Below are positions 1-13,033 of a stretch of 64,000 nucleotides of DNA, in pieces. The notes beneath the pieces are model-generated. The model was not told the DNA's origin, did no database searches, and was given only the letters and a program-made list of their open reading frames with translations. Each line of letters starts with the position of its first letter. The first letter of the stretch is position 1. The translations under genes were made by a program, and so were the position numbers. Source of the DNA: an uncultured Gemmatimonadales bacterium (GTDB lineage: Bacteria; Gemmatimonadota; Gemmatimonadetes; Gemmatimonadales; GWC2-71-9); contig CAWGED010000005.1 of NCBI GenBank assembly GCA_963821525.1, positions 960,001 to 1,024,000 of the forward strand. Direction: 5' to 3'.

Positions 1-897
1 GACCTGGGGCTGGACCGGCCCATTCCCGACTCGGAGGTCGCGAGCCCCGGCCTGGCGCTGGCCGGTTACACCACCCGTTTCGCCCCGCGCCGGCTGCACG
101 TCCTGGGCGAAACCGAAATCAGTTACCTGAATTCGCTCACTCCCGAAGAGAGACGCCAGCGGCTCGAGGCGTTCTTCAACTTCGACCTGCCCTGCGTCTT
201 CGTGACCAAGGGGCAGGAGGTTCCCCGCGAGCTGCTCGATCTCGCCCGGGTTCGCGGGGTGCCGTTGCTGTTGAGCCAGCTCAAGACGGCGGAGTTCTAC
301 CGCCGCATCAAGCCGCTGCTCGAAGAGGCGTTCGCTCCGCGCACCACTCTGCACGGCTCCCTCGCGGATGTGTACGGGGTTGGACTCCTGTTTGTCGGCC
401 GTTCCGGTATCGGCAAGAGCGAATGCGTACTGGACCTGGTCGAGCGCGGACATCGTCTGGTGGCGGACGACGTGGTGCAGGTGACTCGCCGGGGCAGCGA
501 TATCCTGATCGGCCAGGGTCATGAGCTGGCCGGCCACCACATGGAGATCCGCGGGATCGGCCTCATCGACATCCCCGCCTTGTTCGGCGTGCGGGCGGTC
601 CGGCAGCAGAAGCGGATCGAAGTGGTGGTCCAGCTGGAAGACTGGGAGTCGGCCCAGGACGCCGACCGGACCGGCCTCGCCCAGCTCGAGACCACGATTC
701 TCGAAGTTACGATTCCCAAGGTGATGATCCCGCTCAACCCGGGGAAGAACATCACCGTCATTTCCGAAGTGATCGCGATGATGCTCCTGCTCCGGTATTC
801 CGGCGTGGATGTGGCCGCGGCATTCAACGAACGGTTGATCCGCCGGATGAAGGAGAAGCAGGGCGTGCGCGAGTATCTGGCCGAAGACTATGAGTGA
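1..897 (+). CDS. hprK: HPr(Ser) kinase/phosphorylase (5' end outside window)
   Basis: Frame open from base 1 (DLGLDRPIPDSEVASPGLALAGY...); Walker A GRSGIGKSE, LVADD and HHMEIRGIG motifs; upstream of PTS genes. Confidence 0.95.
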   Translation, partial: DLGLDRPIPDSEVASPGLALAGYTTRFAPRRLHVLGETEISYLNSLTPEERRQRLEAFFNFDLPCVFVTKGQEVPRELLDLARVRGVPLLLSQLKTAEFYRRIKPLLEEAFAPRTTLHGSLADVYGVGLLFVGRSGIGKSECVLDLVERGHRLVADDVVQVTRRGSDILIGQGHELAGHHMEIRGIGLIDIPALFGVRAVRQQKRIEVVVQLEDWESAQDADRTGLAQLETTILEVTIPKVMIPLNPGKNITVISEVIAMMLLLRYSGVDVAAAFNERLIRRMKEKQGVREYLAEDYE

Positions 898-1264
898 AGG
901 GTTACGAGGAGTGGTGGTCTCTCACGGCGGGCTGGCTGCTGCCATGGTCCAGGCCGTCGAGCAGATCAGCGGCGTGACCGGGGTGCTGTTTCCGGTCTCC
1001 AACACCGGGTGCGATCCCGAGTCGATCGAGCGCAGGCTGTCTGAAGCGATCGGAGAAGGCCCGGCGGTGGTGTTCGTGGACCTGCCCAGCGGTTCCTGCT
1101 TCTTCGCGGCGATGCGGGCCCACAAGTCACAGACGGAGATTCCGGTGGTCACCGGCGTCAACCTGCCCATGCTGGTGGATTTCGTGTTCCATCGCGGCGC
1201 TACCGCCGAGGAAGCCGCGCGGCGCGCCGCTGCCAAGGGCGGCGAGGCGATCCGGACCCGCTGA
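890..1264 (+). CDS. PTS mannose/fructose-family EIIA
   Basis: VVVSHG phospho-His motif, FVDLPSGS, TGVNLPML. Confidence 0.9.
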   Translation: MSEGLRGVVVSHGGLAAAMVQAVEQISGVTGVLFPVSNTGCDPESIERRLSEAIGEGPAVVFVDLPSGSCFFAAMRAHKSQTEIPVVTGVNLPMLVDFVFHRGATAEEAARRAAAKGGEAIRTR

Positions 1265-1737
1265 TGTCCCTCATGCTGTATCGCATCGATGACCGGCTGA
1301 TCCATGGTCAGGTGGTCATAGGATGGGGCCGCCCGCTCGACGTGGGGTTCATCGCGCTGGTGGATGATCAGGTGGCCGCCAGCGACTGGGAGCAGGACCT
1401 CTACCGCATGGGAGTGCCACCCGAAGTCGAGGTGTTCTTCGCGAGTGTGATCGATGCGGCGCGTCTCGCCCCGGAATGGCGCAGCGATCCTCGACCCGGC
1501 ATCCTGCTCACGGCCGACATCGCGACGATGGTCGCTTTCCGGCAGAAGGCTCCGCCGGTGGAGGAGGTCAACCTGGGCGGACTGCATCACAAGCCGGGCC
1601 GAAGCCCGCGGCTCCCGTTTGTCTACCTCACCGACGATGAGTTCAAATCGCTGGAGGCGCTTCAGGCGTCCGGCACCCGGGTGACCGCGCAGGATCTGCC
1701 GACCGCCGCGGCCGTGCCGCTCGAGGCGCTCCGGTGA
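1264..1737 (+). CDS. PTS mannose/sorbose-family EIIB
   Basis: RIDDRLIHGQV signature; VNLGG. Confidence 0.92.
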   Translation: MSLMLYRIDDRLIHGQVVIGWGRPLDVGFIALVDDQVAASDWEQDLYRMGVPPEVEVFFASVIDAARLAPEWRSDPRPGILLTADIATMVAFRQKAPPVEEVNLGGLHHKPGRSPRLPFVYLTDDEFKSLEALQASGTRVTAQDLPTAAAVPLEALR

Positions 1738-2413
1738 TCTCGCTGCACGGAGCGACCCTCGCGTTCCTGCTGGCCTGGGGCACGGCTGTCGGAGTGGATC
1801 TCGTGAGCTGGCCGCAGGCGATGATCTCGCGCCCGCTCATCGCCGGCGCGGTGACGGCAGCCTTGATGGGAGACCTGGAGGGAGGACTGCGGGTCGCGCT
1901 CGTCATGGAGCTGTTCGCGCTCGACGTACTGCCGGTCGGAGCCTCGCGCTATCCCGACTACGGACCGGCGACTGTCGGTGCGGTTGCACTTCGCCGCGGG
2001 TCAGCCGTGGCAGGCGGCACTGGGGCCCGCGGTGCTGGTGGGGCTGCTCGCCGCGGTGCTGGGCGGCTGGAGCCTGCAATGGATCCGGGAAGACAACGCT
2101 CGCTCGATCCAGCGCAACGCCGCCGGGCTCGCCGCGGGAGAGACCAGTGACCATCGCGCGGCTACAATACGCCGGTCTGGCGCGGGATGTGTTGCGCAGC
2201 TTCGGGCTCACCGCCGTTTCGCTGGCGGCGGCCGCCGCCGTGGGAGCGCGCATGCCGATGCTGCCGAGCCTTCGAATCGTTACCGCGGTTGCGATCGGCG
2301 CCGGACTCGCCGCGGCAGCGGGAGGCGCACTGCGTAGCGCAGGCCGCGGTGCCCGGATGAGATGGCTCGCCGCCGGCGCAGGACTTGGTCTCCTGATAAC
2401 GCTGGTCCGATGA
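1734..2413 (+). CDS. PTS mannose-family EIIC (split by about 2 frameshifts)
   Basis: QAMISRPLIAG and ELFALDVLPVGASRYPD motifs; hydrophobic; continues in ORFs 1978-2337 and 2147-2413. Confidence 0.82.
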
Positions 2414-3144
2414 CCGGGAAACTGCGCGCCTTCCTGAGGCTGCTCGCGGTCCAGGGAGCCTGGAGTTACGAGCGCATGCTCGGCGTCGGAGTGGGGTTCG
2501 CCGCGACACCGATCCTCGAGGATCTCAAGGCGGCGGATCCTTCCCGATACTCCGAGGCTGTGGTCCGCTCCGCGGAATACTTCAACAGCCATCCCTACAT
2601 CGCGGGGTTAGCGTTGGGAGCCAGCGTGCGGGCAGAGTACGAATTGGTGCCGGGACATCAGATCAGCCGGCTGCGTACCGCACTCTGCGGTCCGCTGGGC
2701 TCGCTGGGAGACCGGTTCTTCTGGGCCGGCGTGCTGCCGGCACTGATCGGCGTGGCCATTGTCGGGGTGGCACTAGGCCATCCTCTCCTGGCGACCGCCA
2801 CGTTTCTGCTGGTCTACAACGGCATTCGCCTCGTGACCAGCGCATGGGCACTCCGGACCGGCCTCGCCTCCGGCATCAGAGTTGGGACGGCGATCGGCGC
2901 GTCGTGGTTGCCGGCCGCGGCAGACCGCGCTGGCCTCGCAGCCGGGGGTGCCATCGGAATGGCGCTCGCGGTCGCCGGGGGGTGGCTGCTGGAACCGATG
3001 CCGCTTCCCGAGGTTCTGCTTGCGCTCGGGGTAATGCTCTTCGGACTGCTGGGCGCCTGGCGGTTTGGATCCCGGTTACCGGCGGTCCGCTTTGCGTTGC
3101 TGACGTTGAGTCTCGCGGCAATCTGGGCCTGGAGGGTAGGTTGA
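2410..3144 (+). CDS. PTS mannose-family EIID
   Basis: QGAWSYERM, YFNSHPY and GPLGSLGDRFFW motifs; ATG at 2410 overlaps the EIIC stop. Confidence 0.9.
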   Translation: MTGKLRAFLRLLAVQGAWSYERMLGVGVGFAATPILEDLKAADPSRYSEAVVRSAEYFNSHPYIAGLALGASVRAEYELVPGHQISRLRTALCGPLGSLGDRFFWAGVLPALIGVAIVGVALGHPLLATATFLLVYNGIRLVTSAWALRTGLASGIRVGTAIGASWLPAAADRAGLAAGGAIGMALAVAGGWLLEPMPLPEVLLALGVMLFGLLGAWRFGSRLPAVRFALLTLSLAAIWAWRVG

Positions 3145-3407
3145 CGACTCGCGATGCGACCGTGGTCAATCCACTGGGATTGCATGCCCGCCCCGCGGCG
3201 GCGCTGGTGAAGCTCGCCAGTACCTTCCAGTCGCATATCGAAGTCGCCCGAGACGACGTCTCGGTGAACGGCAAGAGCATCATGGGTGTCATGATGCTCG
3301 CGGCTGAGTGCGGCAGCGTCCTCACCTTCAAGGCCGACGGGCCGGATGAAGAGAAGGCGGTGGAAGCGCTCGCCGCCCTGGTAGCGACCGGATTTGGTGA
3401 ACAGTGA
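3141..3407 (+). CDS. ptsH: Phosphocarrier protein HPr
   Basis: GLHARP (His15) and NGKSIMGVM (Ser46); TTG start at 3141 after GGAGG. Confidence 0.95.
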   Translation: MTTRDATVVNPLGLHARPAAALVKLASTFQSHIEVARDDVSVNGKSIMGVMMLAAECGSVLTFKADGPDEEKAVEALAALVATGFGEQ

Positions 3408-5165
3408 CCGAAGAGAGCCGCACCCTGCAGGGAATCGGGGTCTCGCCCGGAGTCGCCTTCGGGCCGGCTCTCATCGTGCGGCTCGATGTGCCGGATGTGC
3501 CCAACCGCGGTATCACTCCCGACCAGGCCGACGCCGAAGTCGCCCGGCTGCACGAAGCGGTGGCCGCCGTGGTGGAAACCCTGAGCTCCCTGCGCGACCG
3601 GGTCCTGCAGCGTGCCGGCCGGGAAGAGTCGCACATCTTCGATGCCCAGATCCTGATGGTACAGGACGCGGAGGTGCTGGATGATGTCGAGCGGTTGATC
3701 CGGCAGAACCAGCTCAGCGCGGAAACGGCCTACGAATTCAAGGCCCTGGAGACTCGAGCGCTGTGGGTCAATTCCGGGGAAGCGATGCTGCGGGATCGTC
3801 TCGCCGATCTCGCGGCAATTCAGATCCGGGTGCTGCAGCGACTGCTGGGGAAGCAGGCGGACGACATGCTCCAGTTACCCGCCGGTGAACAAGTCATCGT
3901 GGTGGCGCGGGAGCTGGCTCCCGGGCCTTACGGTGCAGCTGGACCGCGACCACGTCCTGGCGCTGGTGAGTGAGGAAGGCACCCGGACCTCTCACGCGGC
4001 CATCCTCGCACACTCACTGGGCCTTCCCGCCGTCATGGGCGCCGCTGGTGCGCTGGACCTGATCGAGAGCGGCACCACGCTCCTTCTGGACGGACAGAGC
4101 GGCACGATCCTGATCGATCCAACCCGCTCCGAGCTGGAGCAGGCCCGGGCCCAGCTTTCGCGGCGGCAGAAGCTGCAGTTCGAGCTCGACGCCGCGGTGT
4201 CCCAGCCCGCGATCACGCCGGACGGCGTTGCGCTGATCCTCATGGGCAACGTGGATTTGCCGGATGAGATCATCGCCGCGGCACGCAACGACGCGCAGGG
4301 TGTTGGCCTGCTCCGCACCGAGTTCCTGATTACCGGGCGCACCTCGCTCCCTACCGAAGACGAGCAGACCGACTACTTCCTCCGGGTGAGCGATTCCTTC
4401 CCGGGGCTCCCCGTAGTGATCCGGAGCTTCGACCTGGGTGGCGACAAGTTCCCGGCCGCCTTCCGCGCTCCCCCGGAAGCCAATCCCTTCCTCGGCTGGC
4501 GCTCCATCCGGGTCTGCCTCGATCACCCGGAAATCTTCCGCCCACAACTGCGGGCCGTGCTGCGAGCCGCCGCGACCCGCAAGCTGCAGCTCATGCTGCC
4601 GCTGGTGACCCGGCTGGAGGAACTGCTCGAGAGCAAGGACATGATGCTCGAGGAGGCGCTGGCTCTCGCCCGCTCCGGGGTGCGGGCGGCTGCCTCGGTT
4701 CCGATCGGTGTGATGATCGAGACACCGGCGGCCGTACTCATAGCCGATCAGCTCGCCGCCCACAGCGCCTTCTTCAGTGTCGGCAGCAACGACCTGGTCC
4801 AGTACACCCTGGCGGTGGACCGGGGGAACGCCCGGCTCGCCGAGCGCTTCACGCCGCACCATCCGGCGATTCTGCGGCAGCTCAAGATGATTCTCGACGC
4901 GGGCCGGGAGCACGACATCACGGTCAGTGTCTGCGGCGAGATGGCGTCCGACCCACTCTCCGCCGTCCTGCTGATGGGTCTGGGCTATCGGATCCTCAGC
5001 GTGGCGCCGCCTTCGCTTCCACTGCTCAAGTGGGTCGTGCGGACGGTACCGGTCAACGTCGCCGAGGAGGCGGCCAGGACCGCACTCCTGGCCGACAGGC
5101 CGGCTGCGATCACGGCAGCCCTGCGGGATGCGGTCAAGGATTACATCGATGTACGGTTGCTCTAG
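3404..5165 (+). CDS. ptsI: PEP-protein phosphotransferase (Enzyme I), frameshift near 3925
   Basis: GIGVSPGVAFG N-terminus; RTSHAAI phospho-His, GVGLLRTEF, EANPFLGWRSIR, SVGSNDLVQY, VCGEMA. Confidence 0.93.
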
Positions 5166-5259
5166 TCCCGCGCATGTTGCCGCGAGTGGACCGAAAGACT
5201 AGCTTGCCGTTCTGACGACCGAGCTCTACCAGGACTCTCAAAGCGAGGAGCTTTTCCGC

Positions 5260-6468
<1,209 letters not shown>

Positions 6469-6474
6469 CAAACG

Positions 6475-6966
6475 ATGATTGAAGTCACCGTCGCGCACCT
6501 CGGCCTGGACCGCACCACCAATACTCCGGTGGTCATCCTGAGGGAAAAGGACGGCGAGCGGGTGTTACCGATCTGGATCGGGCCTGCCGAGGCCAGCGCC
6601 ATCGCGATGGAGCTGCAGGGACTCAAGCCTCCCCGGCCGATGACCCACGACCTGCTGAAGCAGATCATCGTCGGTCTCGGCGCCGGGGTGGGCAAGGTGG
6701 TCATCAGCTCCCTCAAGGACAAGACCTACTTCGCAGAGCTGCTGCTGGTGCGGGACGGCCAGATCTACCAGGTGGACGCGAGGCCGTCGGACAGCATCGC
6801 GCTCGCCTTGCGGCTCAATGCACCCATCTTCACCGATGCCTCGCTGCTGGAGCAGGGCAGCGTCGAATCGTCCGACCAGCCACCCGATCCGGGCCTCGAT
6901 GCCGAACGGTTGCGCGCCTACCTCGAGAAGATGGATCCCCAGGATTTCGGCAAGTTCAATCCGTAA
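6475..6966 (+). CDS. Bifunctional nuclease family protein (DUF151)
   Basis: LPIWIGPAEA, RPMTHDL, DARPSDSIALA. Confidence 0.92.
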   Translation: MIEVTVAHLGLDRTTNTPVVILREKDGERVLPIWIGPAEASAIAMELQGLKPPRPMTHDLLKQIIVGLGAGVGKVVISSLKDKTYFAELLLVRDGQIYQVDARPSDSIALALRLNAPIFTDASLLEQGSVESSDQPPDPGLDAERLRAYLEKMDPQDFGKFNP

Positions 6967-8070
6967 GCTGCCGCTGGTCTGCAGTCTCATCCTGGCACCG
7001 GCTGGGCTCGCGGCCCAGGCGAACGCTCGCGCCGGCGGGCGGGTGATCCAGGTTCGCGGCTCGGACTCGATTCCCGCGCCGCGGACCAATGTCGTGCTGC
7101 ATCGGATCGGCCGGGACGTGCAGGGGCCGATCGATTCCACGCTGACCGACTCCCGCGGTGCCTTTCATTTCCGCTTCTCGGCCGATACCTCGGCCATCTT
7201 CCTGGTGAGTGCCCGGTTCGCGGGCATCGAATACTTCTCTCCCCCGGTACACACCGATCCGGCGTTGCCCGACACGGCAATGGTCCTGATCGTCTCCGAC
7301 ACCTCCTCCTCGGTCCCCGTGGCAACGGGGTCGCGCCATATCGTAGTGAGCCGGCCAGGCCAGTCAGGCGGCCGGGCGGTGCTGGACATAGTCGTGCTGG
7401 AGAATCGGCACCGATCGGACCCGGGTGGCTGGGGACTCGCTCGCGTCGTCATGGAGTGCGCCGACGCCGAAGGGTGCGGTAGGATTTCAGCCGGGGAACG
7501 GAGACTTCTCACCCGAGGCGATGCGGTTTTCTCACGACAGCGTCGACGCTCGACGCGCCGATCGCGCCGGGTGAAAAGCGGGTGATCTTCTCGTACTTAC
7601 TGCCGACCGGGGAGAACCGGGTCAGCTTTCCGATCTCGGATTCCATCGAAGTCCTGAATCTGCTGGTCGAGGAATCGACAGCGGACATGCACGGCGTGCT
7701 GACCCCCGCCGACACCGAACGGATCGAGGGCCGTGTTTTCAGGCGCTGGACCGGATCGGTCATACCCGGGTCGAAGGTCGAGCTGGTGTTCGCCTCAAAC
7801 CAGGCGCAATGGCTGCTGCCGGTATTGGTGGGGTTCGTGGGGACCGCGTTCCTCGTCGGATTCCTCATTCTCAGGCGGAGAAGCGCTCCGATTCCTGTCC
7901 GCGTCGCTCTCACCGATCCATTGGTTGATTCGCTGGCCAGGCTGGATGCGCGTTATGCGGGACGCGAAAACGACGTCCCGGCCGAGGAGTGGGCGACTTA
8001 CGTTGCGGAACGAGCCCGGCTCAAACGCGAGTTGGAAGCCCATCTTGCGGGCGGTGGGGGATCGACCTAA
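6960..8070 (+). CDS. Exported/membrane-anchored hypothetical protein (frameshifted; start uncertain)
   Basis: Signal-like LPLVCSLILAPAGLAAQ, beta-sandwich-like TDSRGAFHF region, C-terminal TM helix and LARLDARY...ERARLK tail; pieces in ORFs 6818-7585 and 7582-8070. Confidence 0.55.
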
Positions 8071-8091
8071 GATTGCCCGTCCAACAATTGC

Positions 8092-8235
8092 TCACCCTGC
8101 GAGCGCAGATGCTCGGAAGCCGGTGTAAATCCGGCGCGGCCCCGCCACTGTAACGGGCACGACTTTCCTCACTCAGATGCCACTGGGATTTTCCCGGGAA
8201 GGCGAGTGAGGGCCCGAAGCCAGGAGACCTCTGTG
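8092..8235 (+). promoter_or_regulatory. Cobalamin (B12) riboswitch
   Basis: GGAAGCCGGTGTAAATCCGGCGCGGCCCCGCCACTGTAA ... GCCACTGGGA ... GGGAAGGC ... AGCCAGGAGACCT consensus blocks directly upstream of a B12 ABC transporter. Confidence 0.95.
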
Positions 8236-8323
8236 TTCGTGCCACCCGTAACACCCTCGGGGGAGGGAACGGTGGCGCGACGACCCGATTTTCGGAACGT
8301 CCGCCCATGTCTTCCTCTGAGAC

Positions 8324-9232
8324 ATGGGCGAATTTTTTATGCACCTCTGGCGACGAGTCAGCATCCTGCGATCCACGGCCTTCGCGGCCGCGGTGCTCGT
8401 CGCCTGCGCTTCTCCCCAGGCCTCAGCGGGACGCATCCACGTTGTAGATGACGCGGGCGACACCGTGCGCCTCGCGGAGCCGGCGCGCCGCATCGTCTCG
8501 CTGATCCCCGCCACAACCGAGCTGCTCTTCGCCATCGGCGCGGGTCCCAACCTCGTCGGGCGCACCGCCTGGTGCGACTATCCCCCCGCGGCGGCCCAGG
8601 TCCCCAATCTGGGAGACGGGATCCGCCCCAACCTGGAAGCCATCGTCGCCCAGCACCCTGATCTGGTCGTCCTCTATCGCTCGGCGCAGAACACCGAAGC
8701 GGCGTCGGGATTGCGCGCTCTGAAGATCCCGGTGATCCAGATGAGTGTCGATCGCCTCGCCGATGTGGACCGGGTCTCCGCCGTGCTGGGGCGGCTCACC
8801 GGACGGGTCTTCTCCGCCGACTCTCTCGCCACTGCCTTCGATTCCGCGCTGGCACGGGCAACGGTCAGCGCCGATTCTGCCTCACGACCGAAGGTGTTGA
8901 TCCTGGTCTGGGACCAGCCGCCGATGACGGTTGGGGCCGGAAGTTTTCTTACCGAGTTGGTGGAACGGGCGGGTGGTCGCAATCTCTTCGCCGACGTTCA
9001 GGCGTCATCGGCCCAGGTCAGCGTGGAAGCAGTGGTCAAGCGAGATCCCGACCTGGTGTTTGTCACCACGGAAGGGACTCCTGCCTTTGCGGAGCGGCCC
9101 GAGTGGCAGACGGTCCGCGCCATCCGGGAAAAGCGATTCCTTCGGGTGACCAATTCGTCGTACAACCGGCCGAGCCCTCGCGCGCCCGAAGCAATCACTC
9201 AGCTCTCCTCACTCCTTCATCGCGGCCCATGA
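8324..9232 (+). CDS. btuF: Cobalamin ABC transporter substrate-binding protein
   Basis: RIVSLIPATTELLFAIG, VGRTAWCDYP, PNLEAIVAQHPDLV, RPSPR; lipobox-like LVAC; riboswitch upstream. Confidence 0.9.
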   Translation: MGEFFMHLWRRVSILRSTAFAAAVLVACASPQASAGRIHVVDDAGDTVRLAEPARRIVSLIPATTELLFAIGAGPNLVGRTAWCDYPPAAAQVPNLGDGIRPNLEAIVAQHPDLVVLYRSAQNTEAASGLRALKIPVIQMSVDRLADVDRVSAVLGRLTGRVFSADSLATAFDSALARATVSADSASRPKVLILVWDQPPMTVGAGSFLTELVERAGGRNLFADVQASSAQVSVEAVVKRDPDLVFVTTEGTPAFAERPEWQTVRAIREKRFLRVTNSSYNRPSPRAPEAITQLSSLLHRGP

Positions 9233-10200
9233 GTTCCCGCGCATTCTGGCTCGGTGGAGGAGTCCTGGCCGCCTTCGCTGTCGGCATCCTGACAGGGGCG
9301 GTGTCGATCAGACCGGCCGAGGTATGGGAGGGCTTGGTGAATCCCGCCTCTCCCTCTGCTTCCATCGTGCGCGAACTGCGCCTACCCCGGGTACTGCTCG
9401 CGTTCGCCGTGGGAGGAAGTCTTGGTGTCTGCGGCGGCGCCTTGCAGGCGATGATCAGGAATCCGCTCGCCGATCCATATCTGCTGGGCCTCTCCGGCGG
9501 ATCGGGACTCGGCGCCGTGATCGCGATCTCGCTGGGCGGCGGAGGCCGGCTCAGTGTCCCGCTCGCCGCGTTCGCTGGAGCGATGCTTGCCATCGCCCTC
9601 GTCTACCGCCTGAGCCTGGTCGAGGGCCGGCGAATGGATGTGAGGGTGCTGCTTCTCGCGGGCGTCGTAGTCGGAGCCTTCGCGGTGGCGGTGATGAGTG
9701 CCGTGATCGCGTTGTCCGACTCCAGCCAGCTGCGCAACGCCTTCCTCTGGTTGCTGGGCGGGTTCGGCGGCGCCTCGTGGCAAGGCCTCGGCACCTTCGC
9801 GCTCTACGCGACGATTCCCCTGGCGCTCCTGTTCGCCAATGCGCGAGCGCTGGATCTCCTGGCGCTCGGCGAAGACTCGGCCCAGCACCTCGGGGTCGAG
9901 CTGGAGCGCACCAAGCGCGTGGTTTATCTGTCGACAGGCCTCCTCACCGCAGTTGGTGTTGCCACCTGCGGAATCATTGGATTCGTCGGTCTCGTCGTCC
10001 CGCACGCCGTGCGCCGGCTCTGGGGACCGCTGCATCGCACGCTTCTCCCGATCACGTTTTTCGTCGGCGGCGCGTTTCTGGTACTGGCCGACGCGCTGGC
10101 TCGCACGGTCGTCCGCCCTCTCGAGTTGCCGGTCGGGGTGGTGACGGCGCTCGTGGGTGTCCCGCTCTTCGCGCTGCTGCTTCGCCGGACCCTCGCATGA
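9229..10200 (+). CDS. btuC: Cobalamin ABC transporter permease (FecCD family)
   Basis: LRLPRVLLA, RNPLADPYLLG, GIIGFVGLVVPH, ELPVGVVTALVG. Confidence 0.9.
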   Translation: MSSRAFWLGGGVLAAFAVGILTGAVSIRPAEVWEGLVNPASPSASIVRELRLPRVLLAFAVGGSLGVCGGALQAMIRNPLADPYLLGLSGGSGLGAVIAISLGGGGRLSVPLAAFAGAMLAIALVYRLSLVEGRRMDVRVLLLAGVVVGAFAVAVMSAVIALSDSSQLRNAFLWLLGGFGGASWQGLGTFALYATIPLALLFANARALDLLALGEDSAQHLGVELERTKRVVYLSTGLLTAVGVATCGIIGFVGLVVPHAVRRLWGPLHRTLLPITFFVGGAFLVLADALARTVVRPLELPVGVVTALVGVPLFALLLRRTLA

Positions 10201-10989
10201 TCATCGCCGCCGACCACCTCACCGTGCGCTATCCGGCAGCGCCGCGGCGTGCTCTCGATGGGGTGAGTCTCACCCTCGCCAAGGGCGAGCTGGTTGCGGT
10301 GGTAGGACCCAATGGAAGCGGCAAGACCACGTTGCTCCAGGCATTGCTCGGCGTAGTGCCTCACGAGTCCGGCACGGTAAGCGATCAACGGGAGACCAAT
10401 CGGCGAGTGGCGCAGGCCGGAATTGGCTCGGGTGATCGGTGTGGTGACTCAGCGGGAGGAGCCGGCCTTTTCGCTCAGGGTGCGAGAGTCGGTTTTCCTG
10501 GGCCGCTATCCCCATCTCGGTCCGATCGCGCCTCCGCGTCCTCAGGACTGGGCCGCGGTGGAGCGCGCGCTGCAGCGCGCCGACGTGCTTCGTCTCGCCG
10601 ATCGGCGGATCGACACGCTCTCGGGCGGGGAATGGCAGCGTACCCGGGTCGCCCGTGCGCTGGCCCAGGAGCCCGAGGCCCTGGTGCTGGATGAGCCGAC
10701 TGCAGCACTCGATGTCCGCCATGAGATGGAAGTCTTCGAGCTGATCCGGGAGCTGGTGGGAACTGGTCTGGGGGCGATCGTCGTCACCCATCATTTGAAT
10801 CTCGCCGCCCGCTACGCCGATCGGATGCTGCTGCTCGAGGAGGGGAGGGTTGCTGCCGAGGGTCGGCCGGATGCGGTGTTGACCGAGGCCGTCGTTGCCC
10901 GGGTGTTCGACTGGCCGGTCGCGGTGATTCCGTGGAGCGATGGATCACCTCAAGTGGTGCCGCTCCGGCCGGCGGAGAAACGCCGATGA
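10197..10989 (+). CDS. btuD: ABC transporter ATP-binding protein (frameshift near 10385)
   Basis: GPNGSGKTT Walker A, LSGGEWQR signature, LDEPT. Confidence 0.88.
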
Positions 10990-13033
10990 AGCGCCTCGCG
11001 ATGGTCGGCATGCTTGCGCTCTTGTCTCGAGTGCTGCTCGCTCAGGCGCCCTCGGAGGTGCGGGGCCGGGTGCTGGATGCCGAGTCGGGTGACCCGCTCT
11101 CCGGTGCCGATGTGTCGATCGGTGGGTTCCTCGTCACCACAGGGCGGGACGGGACCTTCCTGTTCGGTTCGCTGGATGCCGGTCGCTATGAATTGCGAGT
11201 GAGACGAGTCGGGTACGCGCCGAACATGCGAGGCATCGAGGTGCTGCCCGGGCAGTCGCAACAAGATCGAAATCCGTCTGGTGGCGCAGCCGGTCGAGTT
11301 GGACACCATCACCGTCATGGCCGCGAAAGCTGCCGGTCTCACCGCCAGCGGTGAGTTCCTGCGCCACCGGGGCAGCAACCTGGGCCAGGCGCTCGACGGA
11401 TGGGAGGGCATTGCGATCCGCCGCGGCGCGGGCGGTGCGGCCGAGCCTCAGGTGCGCGGGGGAGCACCCGACGAAGTACTGGTCCTGCTCGATGGATTCC
11501 CGGTGAACGATCCATTTACCGGTCGTGCCGACTTGAGCCGGATTCCCACCGCTGGAGTGGAGCGCGTGACGCTGGTGCCCGGCGCCCAGGGCCCCAGAGA
11601 AGGGAATCGGGCGATTTCGGGTGTCATCAATGTGGAGACCAAGCGGCACTTCGCTCCCCAGGTCTCCGGCAGCGTCTCCTCGTACAGCGCGGCAAATCTC
11701 TCCGGCGCGGGCAGTGCCGGCCCGGCGACGCTTATTCGTGGCGCATGAGTGGCTCCCCGATGGATACGCCTACGATGTGCCGCCGGTGCGAGGGTCGGGA
11801 GAAGCGGACCGGCAGAACGCGGGCGGCGGCATCTGGAGCTTCAACGGCAGGTTGTCTCTCGGAGCGGATTTCACGCTCCGTGGCACCGCGTCGGATCGAG
11901 GCCTCCCGGGTCCGGTCACCAACCCGACGCCAACGGCTCAAGCCGTTGATCGTTCCGTCCTGTTGGGATTCCGAACGACCAAGGCCATCGAGCTCCGCGG
12001 CTCATTCCAGTGGTTATCCAGCAGCTATCGTGACGCTTCGCCTCCGGTCGGCGCTCCCTATGATGCCTCGACCAGTGGAATCGGAGTCTCGGCTGGTTTG
12101 GGAACCAGCTGGCAGGTGAAGCTGGCGGGGCTCTCGGGCGACGTGGGCACCAGGATCGAAGGACGCCATGATCGGTTCTCCGGCGACCGGATCGCCGACG
12201 ACGCCCGGTTCACCTCGGGCGCGATTCGCCTCGATGCCCGACTGCGCCCTCGGGGAGCGGAGTCATTCAGCATCTCGCCGGTCGTCCGTATGGACATGTG
12301 GACGGATCTATCGTCTCCGGTCGTCTCCGCGCGCGCCGATCTCGCCTGGCAGCATGCGGGAACGGAAATCACCGCGGGTTTCGGCAACGGCGTCACGGTC
12401 CCGGTGCTCGCGGATCTCTTCTTCCGGGAAGGGAATGGGGTCCGGCTCAATCCCGACCTCCGGCCGGAGCGGGTGCGCTGGGAAATCGAAGGCGGCGTTC
12501 GTCAGGAGCTGGGAATCCTCGCCGGTGCCTCGTTATCGGTACGGGGCTTCAAGGGCGAGGTGGGCGACATGGTCCTCTGGGGCCTGAGCCCGGCCTACGG
12601 CTTCGTGTGGACCCCTCGCAACTTCGACGTGCGGCGTGAGGGAGGCGAGTTCAGTCTATCCGTGCGGCCATTCCACCAACTTGCGATCACGGGTTCCGGT
12701 ACCATTGCCTCGGTGACTCGCGATGTGCCGAACGGGTCACAGGTGCTCTATCGCCCGCTGGGCACCGCCGAGGCTGGAGTTCTCTGGCAACCGGGGCCTT
12801 GGTCGTTCGATGCTCGCTGGCATTACATCGGGATCCGCTATCCCAACAGCTCCGGCATCAATCCGCTCCCAGCGTTCGGCCTCCTCGACGCCGCGATCGA
12901 GCGCCGCATCACCCAGTTCCTTCTCTTGCGTGGCGAAGTCCACGATATCACGGATCGCCGCGCGGAATTCATCGCCGGGTTTCCCAGCCCCGGCCGCAGC
13001 TTCACCCTCTCGCTCACAGCAGGAACGCCATGA
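10986..13033 (+). CDS. TonB-dependent receptor, probable B12 receptor (frameshifts near 11270 and 11740)
   Basis: Signal peptide, carboxypeptidase-regulatory-like N-domain, plug motif VRGG...VLVLLDGFPVN...VERVTLVPG, barrel NPDLRPE and PGRSFTLSL. Confidence 0.85.

Noticed and set aside
5166..5259. SAM riboswitch upstream of metK
   Set aside because: No SAM-I or SAM-II consensus blocks recognised in the short spacer
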